DNA of 20,000 bases from IMG/VR virus record IMGVR_UViG_3300009873_000028, one strand, 5' to 3'. Position 1 is the first letter of the stretch, and each line of letters opens with the position of its first letter. Both the position numbers and the translations under genes were made by a program. This DNA comes from an uncultured virus (IMG/VR IMGVR_UViG_3300009873_000028) (Duplodnaviria > Heunggongvirae > Uroviricota > Caudoviricetes). The notes below the pieces were generated by a model. The model saw only the letters and a program-made list of their open reading frames with translations, searched no databases and was not told the DNA's origin. Of the stretch, positions 6,931 to 15,149 are shown in pieces.

Positions 6931-9747
6931 CTAGACTCCTTCCCCGCGATAGAGGGTCTTGTACAGCTCCACCCCGAAGCCGAAGAGTTCTTCGCACTTC
7001 GCAGCGCGCTCTGGGTCGTTCCGCTCTCCTGCCTGGCTGAAGAAGTCTGCCATGAGGCCGTAGCGGATAACCCACCACAACACATATGGTAGCGGAAACG
7101 CTCCCCAAGGTCCAGTGGCTGGGGGAGTTGGGCAGGTGCATGGGGCAGGAACGCTCGGAGCAGAAGGCACATAAGTGTAGAGCACCTTCACTGTAGGCAC
7201 CGTGCCAAAGGTCCCCGGAATGGTGATGCTTAGAGCGTCATTCTGGAAGTAGGTGTTGAGTGCCCCGGAGTCATAGTCCCGCTGGAGTGGGTCTGAAGCG
7301 TAGTAAGCTACCCCGTCCACTTCCACCCTGAGCAGTTCGATAAGGTCAGTTGGCAGGGCGAAGTCTTCTGTGTCAGTGTCTGCGGCGTTGAGGGTTGCTT
7401 CCTTACGCAGCGCAGCGGTTTCGATGACAAACCTCGTGATTCGCTTGTGGGCTAGCTCCACAGCCTTGGCCATCCCACCGAAGGCGTCGAAACCTTCGCA
7501 CACGTTCTGGAGATGTGTGGGCTCCATCATCATGTGCTTGGCTTCTTCGAAGAAGTAGCCCCAGGTTTCGTCAGGGAGGATGGGGCAAATCTCAGAAGGT
7601 AGCGTGACGTTGTCGCTAGTGAGCACTTCGTCGAAGAACTCCCCAGCTCCAGCGTTGTAGAGGCCGCTTATCTGATCTTGCCCCATCTCTATGCCGTATC
7701 TTCCAAGTTCATCAACGTACATGATGCTTCCGGCATCTGGTCCCACTGCTACCCCTGTAGCGGTGCTAGCAGCAGTAGAATCATCAACCTCTACTTCCAA
7801 CACCCCGTTCAGGTACATCCGATATCTGCTAGTTCCATCAAAAGTCATGACTAGGTGATACCAGGTGCCAGTAGTAAGGGCTGTGGTTCCTGCTGCGATG
7901 GAGGCGCCTGGGGTGATTATTTGAAGAACTGCGGCATTCTTTGAGAACGCCGGAACAGTAGTTCCTCCACTGTAGTACCCACGAACGAGGGTAGCGGTGT
8001 TCGCAACGGAGTCAAACTTGTACCAGCCAGACCAGGAGTAGGCACCTGTCCATGTGACTCCGGTGGTAGTAGTCATCGACACACCACTACCTAGTTGGGT
8101 GCCGTAATCGTTCTTTCCAGTGGTCTGGGTGACAGAGGCAGTTGGAGTGATATCTACCGTAGAGATAAAGTCTTCACGATCTCCTGTACCAGTGGTTTCC
8201 TCCATCTTCCAGTAGTTGGTAAGCTCATGCCTTAGGTCGTAGTCGTCACTAAAGCCGGTTTGAGTAACAGTGAGAGTAGCGCTGCCGGCGTTGGTATAGT
8301 AGGTATGGGTTGGGTTCTTTTCTGAGCTGACCTCAGTGTCCCCAAAGTTCCACGCCCAGGAGTTAGCATCCCCTTCGCTTTCATCAGTGAAGCGAACGGT
8401 GAAAGGGATGTAGCCTTGGAGTGGGGCGGCGGTGAAACTTGCGGTGATGGTGGCGAAGTTGACGGTAAGCTGGGTGTAGGTTGTGGTGCCAGTGGTTACG
8501 AACTCTGTGGTGCTGGCGGTGCCGATAGCATTCCCTACCGTGAGGCTTGGGGAGAAAGTTCCCACTGTGGTGTAAATGTGTGTAGGGCTCTGCGCGATGC
8601 TTCCGGTGCCGTCGCCAAAGTCCCACTCCCAAGAGGTGGGGAGGGCGTTGGTGGCAGCTCCAGTGAACTCAACTGTGAGAGGACGAGTACCTGTGGTGGT
8701 GCTTACCGAGAAGCTAGGCACCGGCTTACCGTTTACCACTGTGATGTAGCTCGTCTTGGTCTCAGTGTCAGTGGTGGGAGTGGTGTTCTCCACTTCCAGG
8801 GTGACGGTGTAGGTTCCTACTGTGGTGTACACATGGGTTGGATTCTGTGCTGTGCTGGTAGAGCTGTCCCCGAAGTTCCAACTCCAGCTGGCTGGCGCAG
8901 GATCCCCAGTGCTCTGGTCCAGGAAGTCCACGCTGAGGTTGGCCACACCAGTAGTAGTAGAGGCCACGAACTCCGCAGCGACGGCTGTCGCTGCAGGGTC
9001 CACCGTGATCAGGCTGCTCTTAGTCTCTGTGTCTGTGCCGCCTGCGTTGGTAGCAACCAGGGTCACCGTGTAGGTGGAGGTAGCAGTGGTACTGTAGACC
9101 TTGACTGGATTTTGTACCGTGCTGGTGCTGCTGTCGCCAAAGTCCCAGGCCCAGCTGCTTGGCGAGTTAGTGCTCTGGTCAGTGAAGTTTACGCTGAGCG
9201 GGCTGGTGCCGGTGGTGGTGCTCACCGTGAACTCCGCGGTTGGCGGGGTCACGGGGGTGTATGTTACCACCATGTAGCAAGTGAAGACGTTGGTCTGCTT
9301 TGCCCCGCTTATGGCGTTCCGGTTGTGGCTGAAGCCCCAGCGAAGGGTGGTGTTGTAGAAGTCCGTGTAGACCCAGCTTCCCCCTCCTGGACGGATAGAG
9401 GTGATGTCTACTGAGCCGACCCCTTGGGTGAGGGTTCCAGTGCTAGTAGTGGTACCGTTGAGGTCCACCACAATGCTTCCTGTTCCCCAGTCATTTCCCG
9501 CGGTTGAGGGGAAGTACATGCTGAAGACTAAGCTAACCCCAGTGATAGTGGCTCCTGTGAAGTCACTTGGGGGAGTGCCATTGTTCGCCAGTTTGAAGGT
9601 GCAGGGTACCCCAACGTTAGCGGGGTAGTTGTAGTAGAGCGTGCCTGCGTCTGCATCGCTCATGGCCAGAATGGGGTCTCCAGTGCCGTAGAGGCTCCAC
9701 CCGTCGTTGGAGTAGACTGTGGTTCCGTAGATGGTAGCCGTAGCCAC
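6931..9747 (-). CDS. 938-aa virion protein: N-terminal beta domain, 4 PKD domains, LamG/ConA-like domain and C-terminal adaptor-like domain
   Basis: Four PKD signatures (W-x-W-[DN]-FGD...[NS]P-x-[HK]-x-Y). LamG motifs NYWKMEE, YSWSGWY, WYHLVMTFDG, MYLNG, VDEL and ISGLYNAGAG. The C-terminal ~210 aa resemble the two adaptors upstream. Confidence 0.85.
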   Translation of the reverse strand: MATATIYGTTVYSNDGWSLYGTGDPILAMSDADAGTLYYNYPANVGVPCTFKLANNGTPPSDFTGATITGVSLVFSMYFPSTAGNDWGTGSIVVDLNGTTTSTGTLTQGVGSVDITSIRPGGGSWVYTDFYNTTLRWGFSHNRNAISGAKQTNVFTCYMVVTYTPVTPPTAEFTVSTTTGTSPLSVNFTDQSTNSPSSWAWDFGDSSTSTVQNPVKVYSTTATSTYTVTLVATNAGGTDTETKSSLITVDPAATAVAAEFVASTTTGVANLSVDFLDQSTGDPAPASWSWNFGDSSTSTAQNPTHVYTTVGTYTVTLEVENTTPTTDTETKTSYITVVNGKPVPSFSVSTTTGTRPLTVEFTGAATNALPTSWEWDFGDGTGSIAQSPTHIYTTVGTFSPSLTVGNAIGTASTTEFVTTGTTTYTQLTVNFATITASFTAAPLQGYIPFTVRFTDESEGDANSWAWNFGDTEVSSEKNPTHTYYTNAGSATLTVTQTGFSDDYDLRHELTNYWKMEETTGTGDREDFISTVDITPTASVTQTTGKNDYGTQLGSGVSMTTTTGVTWTGAYSWSGWYKFDSVANTATLVRGYYSGGTTVPAFSKNAAVLQIITPGASIAAGTTALTTGTWYHLVMTFDGTSRYRMYLNGVLEVEVDDSTAASTATGVAVGPDAGSIMYVDELGRYGIEMGQDQISGLYNAGAGEFFDEVLTSDNVTLPSEICPILPDETWGYFFEEAKHMMMEPTHLQNVCEGFDAFGGMAKAVELAHKRITRFVIETAALRKEATLNAADTDTEDFALPTDLIELLRVEVDGVAYYASDPLQRDYDSGALNTYFQNDALSITIPGTFGTVPTVKVLYTYVPSAPSVPAPCTCPTPPATGPWGAFPLPYVLWWVIRYGLMADFFSQAGERNDPERAAKCEELFGFGVELYKTLYRGEGV
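8254..9246 (-). repeat. Four tandem PKD-domain repeats (~85-90 aa each)
   Basis: Units lie at about 9246-9001, 8982-8737, 8725-8462 and 8448-8254. They share F-x-x-S-T-T-T-G, V-x-F-x-D-x-S and WxWxFGD, with some variation between units. DNA similarity is visible, e.g. gtcgccaaagtccca occurs twice. Confidence 0.85.
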
Positions 9748-10511
9748 TAGCGTGCTCCCTTAACGTTAGCTGCTTCCCGGGTGGGTTGGTTCTCTCCCCT
9801 GTCCTGTCCCATGAAGCGCTTGTAGAGCAGGCTGCCCTTCAGCTTGGTGTTGCGAAGGTTGGCGGCGGTGAGGAAGAGTTGCTTGAGGGGCTCAGAGCTG
9901 GTGAAAGCTTCCTCCGTCCCGCTCTTCACGTTAAGCTGCCACACAGCGTAGTCGAGCACTCGGTTCAGCTCCTCGTTGCCCAGCTGAACGTAGTCAGCTT
10001 CAGCCGTGAGGGGTTGGTCACCACGAAAGTAGTCTAGGCGCACGTAGGAGTTTGGCCTAGGCGAGAAGATGATCTTGTTGAGGCCACAAGGTGCCCAGGA
10101 GTCGGCAGCGGCGGCTGTGCCGGTGCGCCAGCCGGGGGAGCCGTAGTCCAGCTCCGGGAGGGTCACCTGCACCAGCTTAGAGAAGGTGTAGAGTGAGCCG
10201 GTGGTGTGGGTTTGCACATCTGTGCCGACTCGCCACACGCTCAGCGGTAGGGGAGCTGTCGCTGTAGAGTGTGCTACCACCATGTCGCTGGTGCCGGTGG
10301 CTGGGTAGTATAGGTCCTCTACCTCTCCTCCCAGTGAGCCTGTGGCGAGCTGGGCTTGGGTAGAGAACTCCCCCACGAGCACCTGCCAAACGCTCAACGC
10401 TTCGTTGAGCGCTAGGCCTAGCTCAAAGTCATTCCAGAAGTTGCCTTGACCGCCAACCCGTTTGTTTAGAAGTGCTTTTAGGGTAGCGAAGCTAGTCTGT
10501 GCGTAAGCCAC
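9747..10511 (-). CDS. Head-tail adaptor / tail ring protein (paralogue 2)
   Basis: SFATLKALLNKRV...ELGLALNEAL N-terminal helices, IIFSPRP...VRLDY strands and VLDYAVWQL...LKQLF C-terminal helices match the adaptor pattern. GTG start with GAGG. Confidence 0.7.
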   Translation of the reverse strand: MAYAQTSFATLKALLNKRVGGQGNFWNDFELGLALNEALSVWQVLVGEFSTQAQLATGSLGGEVEDLYYPATGTSDMVVAHSTATAPLPLSVWRVGTDVQTHTTGSLYTFSKLVQVTLPELDYGSPGWRTGTAAAADSWAPCGLNKIIFSPRPNSYVRLDYFRGDQPLTAEADYVQLGNEELNRVLDYAVWQLNVKSGTEEAFTSSEPLKQLFLTAANLRNTKLKGSLLYKRFMGQDRGENQPTREAANVKGAR

Positions 10512-10523
10512 GCGAACCCTCTC

Positions 10524-10775
10524 TTACCAAAGCGCTAGAGTTCCAGCGGGGCAGGAATGAACCTTGGAAACCCGGATGGGAAGGAAGCTTCCAGCCACCA
10601 CGGTAAAGGTGACGCTAGCGGAGGTGCCGGCTAGGGTGGCCACCAGGTTTCCGTCGGTAGCGATGTAGATAGCGCGGCTCCAGGGGGTGAGGGTGGTTGT
10701 GCTGTCGGTAGTAAGGGTAGTGACCTCGCCGCAAGGGCCGAGAGAGCCAAAACCATCAAGTAGAGGTGCGGCCAT
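10524..10775 (-). CDS. Head spike base protein, RcGTA Rcc01079-like
   Basis: 83 aa. RAIYIATDGNLVATL...VTFTVVAGSFLPIRVSKV...LALW matches the recalled family pattern RALYVG..GNL.V...VTF...AG..LP.RV..V...ALW. Confidence 0.75.
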   Translation of the reverse strand: MAAPLLDGFGSLGPCGEVTTLTTDSTTTLTPWSRAIYIATDGNLVATLAGTSASVTFTVVAGSFLPIRVSKVHSCPAGTLALW

Positions 10776-11071
10776 TAGAAGTTGCCTCCAACCTTAAAGA
10801 GATTCCCGCCACCTAGCTTGTTGGGCTTAGGCATCCTGAGGTTAGTGTCCAGCTTGCCTACCTCGAATTCCCCGATCTTGGGAACCTTTGGGGCTTCAGG
10901 CTTTCCCATTCCAGGGGAGAAGTCCGGGGCCTTCGAAGCGGTCTGCCTCTTAGCTTGCCGGTCCTTCCATCCTCGGAAGGCGCTGATACCGCGGCCTAGG
11001 TTGCTGCTCTTAGCCTTTTCCTTGGCCTTGTCCTTTAGGAAGCCCCCTACCTTTGACATGAATCCAGGCAT
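10775..11071 (-). CDS. Small Lys-rich basic hypothetical protein
   Basis: 98 aa, SD AAGGAG, and a TAATG overlap with the next gene. Rich in K/G/P and probably disordered. Confidence 0.7.
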   Translation of the reverse strand: MPGFMSKVGGFLKDKAKEKAKSSNLGRGISAFRGWKDRQAKRQTASKAPDFSPGMGKPEAPKVPKIGEFEVGKLDTNLRMPKPNKLGGGNLFKVGGNF

Positions 11072-11080
11072 GGGACTCCT

Positions 11081-11269
11081 TTACTTAATGCTGTCCTTGC
11101 CAAACTCTACGTCTGCTGAGCCCAGCTGGACGATCATCTTCTTGTTATCCCCGATGTTGAACTCGGGTGCAGCGAACTTGGCAGGCCCCTCGAACTCGAG
11201 GTCCGGGCTGCCGCTAGCAGGCTTCACAATCGCGTCCTTGAACGGGGACTTGGTTACTCCACTTGACAT
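11081..11269 (-). CDS. Small hypothetical protein (62 aa)
   Basis: SD AAGGAG, and it fills the gap between its neighbours. Carries SPFKDAIVKP, also seen in the ORF at 15519-15632. Confidence 0.7.
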   Translation of the reverse strand: MSSGVTKSPFKDAIVKPASGSPDLEFEGPAKFAAPEFNIGDNKKMIVQLGSADVEFGKDSIK

Positions 11270-11282
11270 GGGTTAGTTCTCC

Positions 11283-12215
11283 TTAGTTAACCTTCGCTAG
11301 GGCATGGGCCTGGATAAAGGCTGCATCCCGAGGCGGATAGCTGTCCTGGTCGTCGTACACGATCATGTTCTGGGCGATGTCTAGGTCGGCCATCTCAGAG
11401 TCGTGTACTGCGTCCTCGAACATCTTAACATACTTGGAGTGCAGCTCCAAGTTGAAGTATGGGTTGGGTTGCCCGGCTACGCTGGGCAGCAGGCAGAGGT
11501 CCACCAAAGCTCCGTAGATGATGGCCTCTGGCTTGATCATGGTGATGGGGTAGGACGAGTTAGAGGTAAGCTCAGAGTCCTTCACATACCTTCCCACTAG
11601 GTGTGTTCCTGGTGTGATCTTGGGCCAGAACTCATACCGGGGATAAGATACTCCGCTAGCCACCCTAGGCGGAGCTGCCACGTATAGCACCGGGTTTCCC
11701 GTGTGGCTCCGCTCTGCATCAATCAGGTCGATGTAGTTCTGCTGATGGAACTGACGCCGCAGCCGCCAGTTCTGCGCGATGTCCCGGATGTCGTCCAGGG
11801 CGGTGCAGTCAGCCGGCATCTCCACATAGTACTCTGCGATGGTGTAGGTGGAGCTGGTATCGGTGGCTCCCTGGTAGGCCCGGTCCAGGGTTCCGCTGGT
11901 TGCTCCTACGTAGGTAAAGGTGTAGTACGGCTGACCTCCCCCATCATCTATAACAATCTGCCGACCAGTCATAGCAGATGTCCAGGTGGTGCCACTACCT
12001 GTTACCGTGGTGCTACCATTCGTTACCGCTACGGTTCCAGTGCTGTAAGCACTGGGGGTGACCTTCTCCCAGTCCTGATACAGCTCATGCCAGTAGTGCA
12101 TGTCTAGTACCCGGCGGTAGGAGTTTCGGATGAAGGTTTGGGCGAGAGTTGGAGGGAGCCCCGGGACATAGAGCAGGAGCCGCTGCCACAACTGACCAAA
12201 GGTGTCTTGCGCCAC
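11283..12215 (-). CDS. Head-tail adaptor / tail ring protein (paralogue 1) with an inserted beta domain
   Basis: TFGQLWQRL...FIRNSYRRV, YVEMPADC, YEFWP, AIIYGAL and YVKMFEDAV form the adaptor pattern. It is the first gene after the head-gene terminator. GTG start with GGAGG. Confidence 0.7.
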   Translation of the reverse strand: MAQDTFGQLWQRLLLYVPGLPPTLAQTFIRNSYRRVLDMHYWHELYQDWEKVTPSAYSTGTVAVTNGSTTVTGSGTTWTSAMTGRQIVIDDGGGQPYYTFTYVGATSGTLDRAYQGATDTSSTYTIAEYYVEMPADCTALDDIRDIAQNWRLRRQFHQQNYIDLIDAERSHTGNPVLYVAAPPRVASGVSYPRYEFWPKITPGTHLVGRYVKDSELTSNSSYPITMIKPEAIIYGALVDLCLLPSVAGQPNPYFNLELHSKYVKMFEDAVHDSEMADLDIAQNMIVYDDQDSYPPRDAAFIQAHALAKVN

Positions 12216-12224
12216 TTAGCCTCC

Positions 12225-12260
12225 AAGAAAGAAAGGGGGAGGAACGCTCCTCCCCCCTTT
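12225..12260 (-). terminator. Rho-independent terminator closing the head gene block
   Basis: Minus strand GGGGGAGGA-GCGT-TCCTCCCCC followed by TTTCTTTCTT, about 20 nt after the stop of 12277-12573. Confidence 0.8.
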
Positions 12261-12276
12261 GCTTACGCTTTAGCTT

Positions 12277-12573
12277 TTACCAGCCGTAGAAGTAGAAGGC
12301 CACGTTTGCAGCAGTTTGCACGGTCACCGTAGCCACTCCGGATGCGAACTGGTACCGAGGTCCAGTTCCATGGTCGGTGGTGGTTACCGTCTCCCCTGCG
12401 ATCTTCTGCGCACCCACGGAGCCCGTAGGCACGATTGCCTCTACTGTAGTGAGACCTACCATTGCGGGCGTGATCGTGTCCGCGTCGGTTGTGGCCAGAG
12501 TCAGCCCGACGAGGTGCCGCTTACGGTCCCCCGCCCACTGCTGATCCACTGCGAGAATAGTTGCAGCAGCCAT
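12277..12573 (-). CDS. Small capsid-associated (decoration-like) protein
   Basis: 98 aa, Thr/Val-rich beta composition. It lies within the capsid transcription unit, before the terminator. SD AAGGGG. Confidence 0.55.
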   Translation of the reverse strand: MAAATILAVDQQWAGDRKRHLVGLTLATTDADTITPAMVGLTTVEAIVPTGSVGAQKIAGETVTTTDHGTGPRYQFASGVATVTVQTAANVAFYFYGW

Positions 12574-12582
12574 TAGTCCCCC

Positions 12583-13149
12583 TTACCAGCCGTTCCGGAA
12601 CACGGTGAGCTGAGCCGCGATGGTAGAGTCAGTAGATGTGCCTACTGCTTCCAGCGCGATAGCGTACACCGGAGCGGGAACTGCTACGCTGACAGCTTCC
12701 GACGTGATCGTGATAGCAGCGAGGGTCTTGAACTGGTCGTTGTCGGCCAGCTGAAGCCGCTCGCCTACTGCCACGGTGTCGGTTACTGCCACTTCCACTG
12801 GTCCAGCCACAGCGATGAAGCCGTACTGGCCTGCAGAAGGCTTAGCTCCGAGAGCCACACCAGCCACTACCGGGTTGGTTGTGCCACCCAGTGCGTCCGT
12901 GCTCTCGCCGCTAACGATGAAGTCGTCCAGGTCTACCCAGTAGACAGGATGACCCTCAACTAGGGTCTCGCTGTCAGTGGTGTAGCGCTGAACGTACTGG
13001 TAGAACTGCGGGATCTTCTGTCCCTGGTCCCGGCGGATGCTCTGCACCTTGCCGAGTTGCCCAGGGTTGAAAGGGGACGCTTCATCTACGTTAGCTAGAT
13101 TAGCCGCTCCGCCCTGGACCCAGAGCCCATCTCTTTGAAAAGTCGCCAT
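12583..13149 (-). CDS. Capsid cement/decoration protein
   Basis: Immediately after the capsid gene with a strong SD (AAGGAG). VAGVALG...GQYGFIAVAGPV resembles cement/decoration protein motifs. Confidence 0.6.
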   Translation of the reverse strand: MATFQRDGLWVQGGAANLANVDEASPFNPGQLGKVQSIRRDQGQKIPQFYQYVQRYTTDSETLVEGHPVYWVDLDDFIVSGESTDALGGTTNPVVAGVALGAKPSAGQYGFIAVAGPVEVAVTDTVAVGERLQLADNDQFKTLAAITITSEAVSVAVPAPVYAIALEAVGTSTDSTIAAQLTVFRNGW

Positions 13150-13169
13150 GCTTTTCTCCTTTAAGAGAA

Positions 13170-13203
13170 GAAGAGGGGGTGGGTCATTCCACCCCCCATC
13201 TTC
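13170..13203 (-). terminator. Stem-loop after the major capsid gene (partial terminator or mRNA stabiliser)
   Basis: Minus strand GAAGA-TG-GGGGGTGG-AATGAC-CCACCCCC-TCTTC followed by an interrupted pyrimidine tract (TTCTCTT), just before the next SD. Confidence 0.6.
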
Positions 13204-13208
13204 ATGTT

Positions 13209-14291
13209 TTAGGCGATGCCCCAGAGCACGCGGTTGTAGCGCGGAGCCTGGACGGTCATGTTGCCTGCGAACTTGTAGTGACCCACTACAAGCGAGTTAT
13301 CCTGCGCTGGCAGGAATCCGGTGAAGCCGAAGCCCCATAGCGGATGGGTCGAGATGTAGAAGCGGATGTACTTCGTGTTGAGGAAGTACAGGGTTTCACC
13401 CGCTGCAAGTTCTGCGGAGCCAGAGGTTCCCCGGCCCAGCTTGCTTGCTTCAGGTGCGCTTACGGTGTCGCTTCCCGGAGCGTACCGATCCTGGAAGATC
13501 GTCGATCCGTTGAACTTGATTCCCTGGAAGCCAAAGTCTGCGGAAGTACCTTCGTACCTCTGCTGGCTGTGGAATGCAAGCTTGATGAAGCTCATCCCCT
13601 TGTTGGTGGTGATGAGAAGGTCAGGGCTCTCGGTACCATACACTACCGAGTTGTACGCCTGCTCGAGTAGGGGGTAGCTAAGCTGACCCGCTACGTTGCC
13701 CGCCACGAAGCCGGTAGCCGCGAGCTTGTGAGCGTTGAGGGCTGCTCCAATGTTCGCGTCGTTCCGGGTGAGGGTGAGGTAGCTTGGGTAGTAGTTTCCG
13801 AAAGGCCCTGCAGTCACGCCCTCGCATAGAGCTTCATCGAGTCCGTTGATGTAGTTAGCGCGGTTGTCGGTGACTCCAGTGCCACTTGCCTGGCCATGAC
13901 GGAAGATGTCGATGGCTAGCTTTGCGCTCATGCTGAGAGCCGCGTTCTGCATCAGAGTGTCGATGTAGTTGAACACAGCCTCAGGACCTGCAAGCGTAAG
14001 CTGCACACGCTCTAGGAGCGCGGGCACGCTAACGTTGTAGTAGCGCGGGGTTACCGTACCTCCGGTGAAGAACTGCGACTCCTGGAAGTCGAAGCTATCC
14101 CCCGGCTGGTAGGCAGTTACCGGCTGCATGTCGTATACGAAGTTCTCCTGCCAAGAAGGCCCACCCTGGTACTTCGCAACGCAGTTGCGCTTGATGTACG
14201 CCATGGTTGGGCCACTCTTGAACACCTGGTCAACCATCCCAGGGACAATAGTCTTCCTGGTGATCGTGTTGACAACGTCAAGAAATGCCAT
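13209..14291 (-). CDS. Major capsid protein (HK97 fold expected)
   Basis: 360 aa after the scaffold. Recognisable motifs are VPGMVDQVFKSGP, YQGG, INGL, PDLLIT, ADFGFQGIKFNG and LYFLNTKYI. It has a strong SD and is flanked by hairpins. Confidence 0.85.
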   Translation of the reverse strand: MAFLDVVNTITRKTIVPGMVDQVFKSGPTMAYIKRNCVAKYQGGPSWQENFVYDMQPVTAYQPGDSFDFQESQFFTGGTVTPRYYNVSVPALLERVQLTLAGPEAVFNYIDTLMQNAALSMSAKLAIDIFRHGQASGTGVTDNRANYINGLDEALCEGVTAGPFGNYYPSYLTLTRNDANIGAALNAHKLAATGFVAGNVAGQLSYPLLEQAYNSVVYGTESPDLLITTNKGMSFIKLAFHSQQRYEGTSADFGFQGIKFNGSTIFQDRYAPGSDTVSAPEASKLGRGTSGSAELAAGETLYFLNTKYIRFYISTHPLWGFGFTGFLPAQDNSLVVGHYKFAGNMTVQAPRYNRVLWGIA

Positions 14292-14302
14292 TTGTTCGTC
14301 TC

Positions 14303-14323
14303 CTTGCCCGCGTTGCGGGCAAG
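14303..14323 (-). promoter_or_regulatory. Perfect 9-bp hairpin overlapping the capsid gene Shine-Dalgarno
   Basis: CTTGCCCGC-AAC-GCGGGCAAG. The last AAG of the stem begins the AAGGAG SD. Confidence 0.55.
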
Positions 14324-14327
14324 CCCC

Positions 14328-15128
14328 TTAGCTCAGCTGGTTGATGTCTACTTCTTGTAGGGCCTGAAGCGCGGCGCCCACGCGCCCTGCAGACTCGTTG
14401 CTTGGGCTCACGTTGGTTCCTGCCGCTCCAGCCTTTTTGTTCATCTCATGGATGTAGTCAACCACGGAAGATCCCGAAGGCTGAAGGTGATCGGGGCTGT
14501 TAGTAGTTACCGAGCGCTTGCCCTCTTCAATCCACTTCTGCCTCTCAGCTTCGCGGGCAGCTTCTTCTCTCTTCTGCCGTTGCTCTGCTGTGAGGTAGAG
14601 GTAGGCTTGCCAAGGCTGGGCACCCTTCTGTACCGATAGCTTGATCATCTCACGAGGATCAAAGTTAAACTTGTTCTCTGCTGCGTCCTTGACTGCGGCT
14701 GCTACATCCCCCAGCACTGCGGGGAGTAGCTTGTCGAGGGTTTCCAACTTCTGCTCAGTTGCCTTGATTCTCGCCAGATCCTCTGGAGAAAGGCTGACTG
14801 GACTGCCCTTTGCGGGCGGAGGGTTGCCGCTTCCCTGTTCTTCTAGCTGCTTCCTCAAGGCGTCCCTTTCGGCAAGTAGCTTCTCGTTCTTCGGCTTTTC
14901 CTCTTCGAACCACTCCTGGAGGTCGGCTTCCTTTTGCTGAAGCTCCTGCCGCTCGGAGTTAATCTTATTAAGCTCCGTGTACAGCTTTTCCTCCGCGAGG
15001 TGGCCCCTGAACACGGTGCGAGCGACTGGAAGTGCGATCCAGGCATCAAACGCTGCCTGCTCACTCTCCTCGATCTCACCCCTGAGTTGTTCGGCCCACT
15101 CTTTGAACAGCTTGTCTTCCTTACTCAT
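14328..15128 (-). CDS. Capsid scaffolding protein
   Basis: 266 aa, Glu/Lys/Gln-rich coiled coils, a flexible C-terminal linker and a terminal amphipathic helix (RVGAALQALQE). It lies directly upstream of the capsid gene. Confidence 0.7.
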   Translation of the reverse strand: MSKEDKLFKEWAEQLRGEIEESEQAAFDAWIALPVARTVFRGHLAEEKLYTELNKINSERQELQQKEADLQEWFEEEKPKNEKLLAERDALRKQLEEQGSGNPPPAKGSPVSLSPEDLARIKATEQKLETLDKLLPAVLGDVAAAVKDAAENKFNFDPREMIKLSVQKGAQPWQAYLYLTAEQRQKREEAAREAERQKWIEEGKRSVTTNSPDHLQPSGSSVVDYIHEMNKKAGAAGTNVSPSNESAGRVGAALQALQEVDINQLS

Positions 15129-15149
15129 TTAACACTCCCGGTGGGTTAC

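Noticed and set aside
8254..9246. CRISPR array or DGR template/variable repeat suggested by recurring DNA words
   Set aside because: The repeats are in-frame PKD domain copies. There is no repeat-spacer periodicity, no adenine-specific mismatch pattern was noticed, and there is no reverse transcriptase in the window.
8416..9414. 332-aa plus-strand ORF, and the other plus-strand ORFs such as 15580-16185 and 10782-11276
   Set aside because: These are antisense shadows of well-supported minus-strand genes. They have no recognisable motifs, and the minus strand is already almost fully coding.
13150..13260. Programmed frameshift or readthrough extending the capsid protein
   Set aside because: There is no slippery heptamer near the TAA, and the next gene has its own strong SD.
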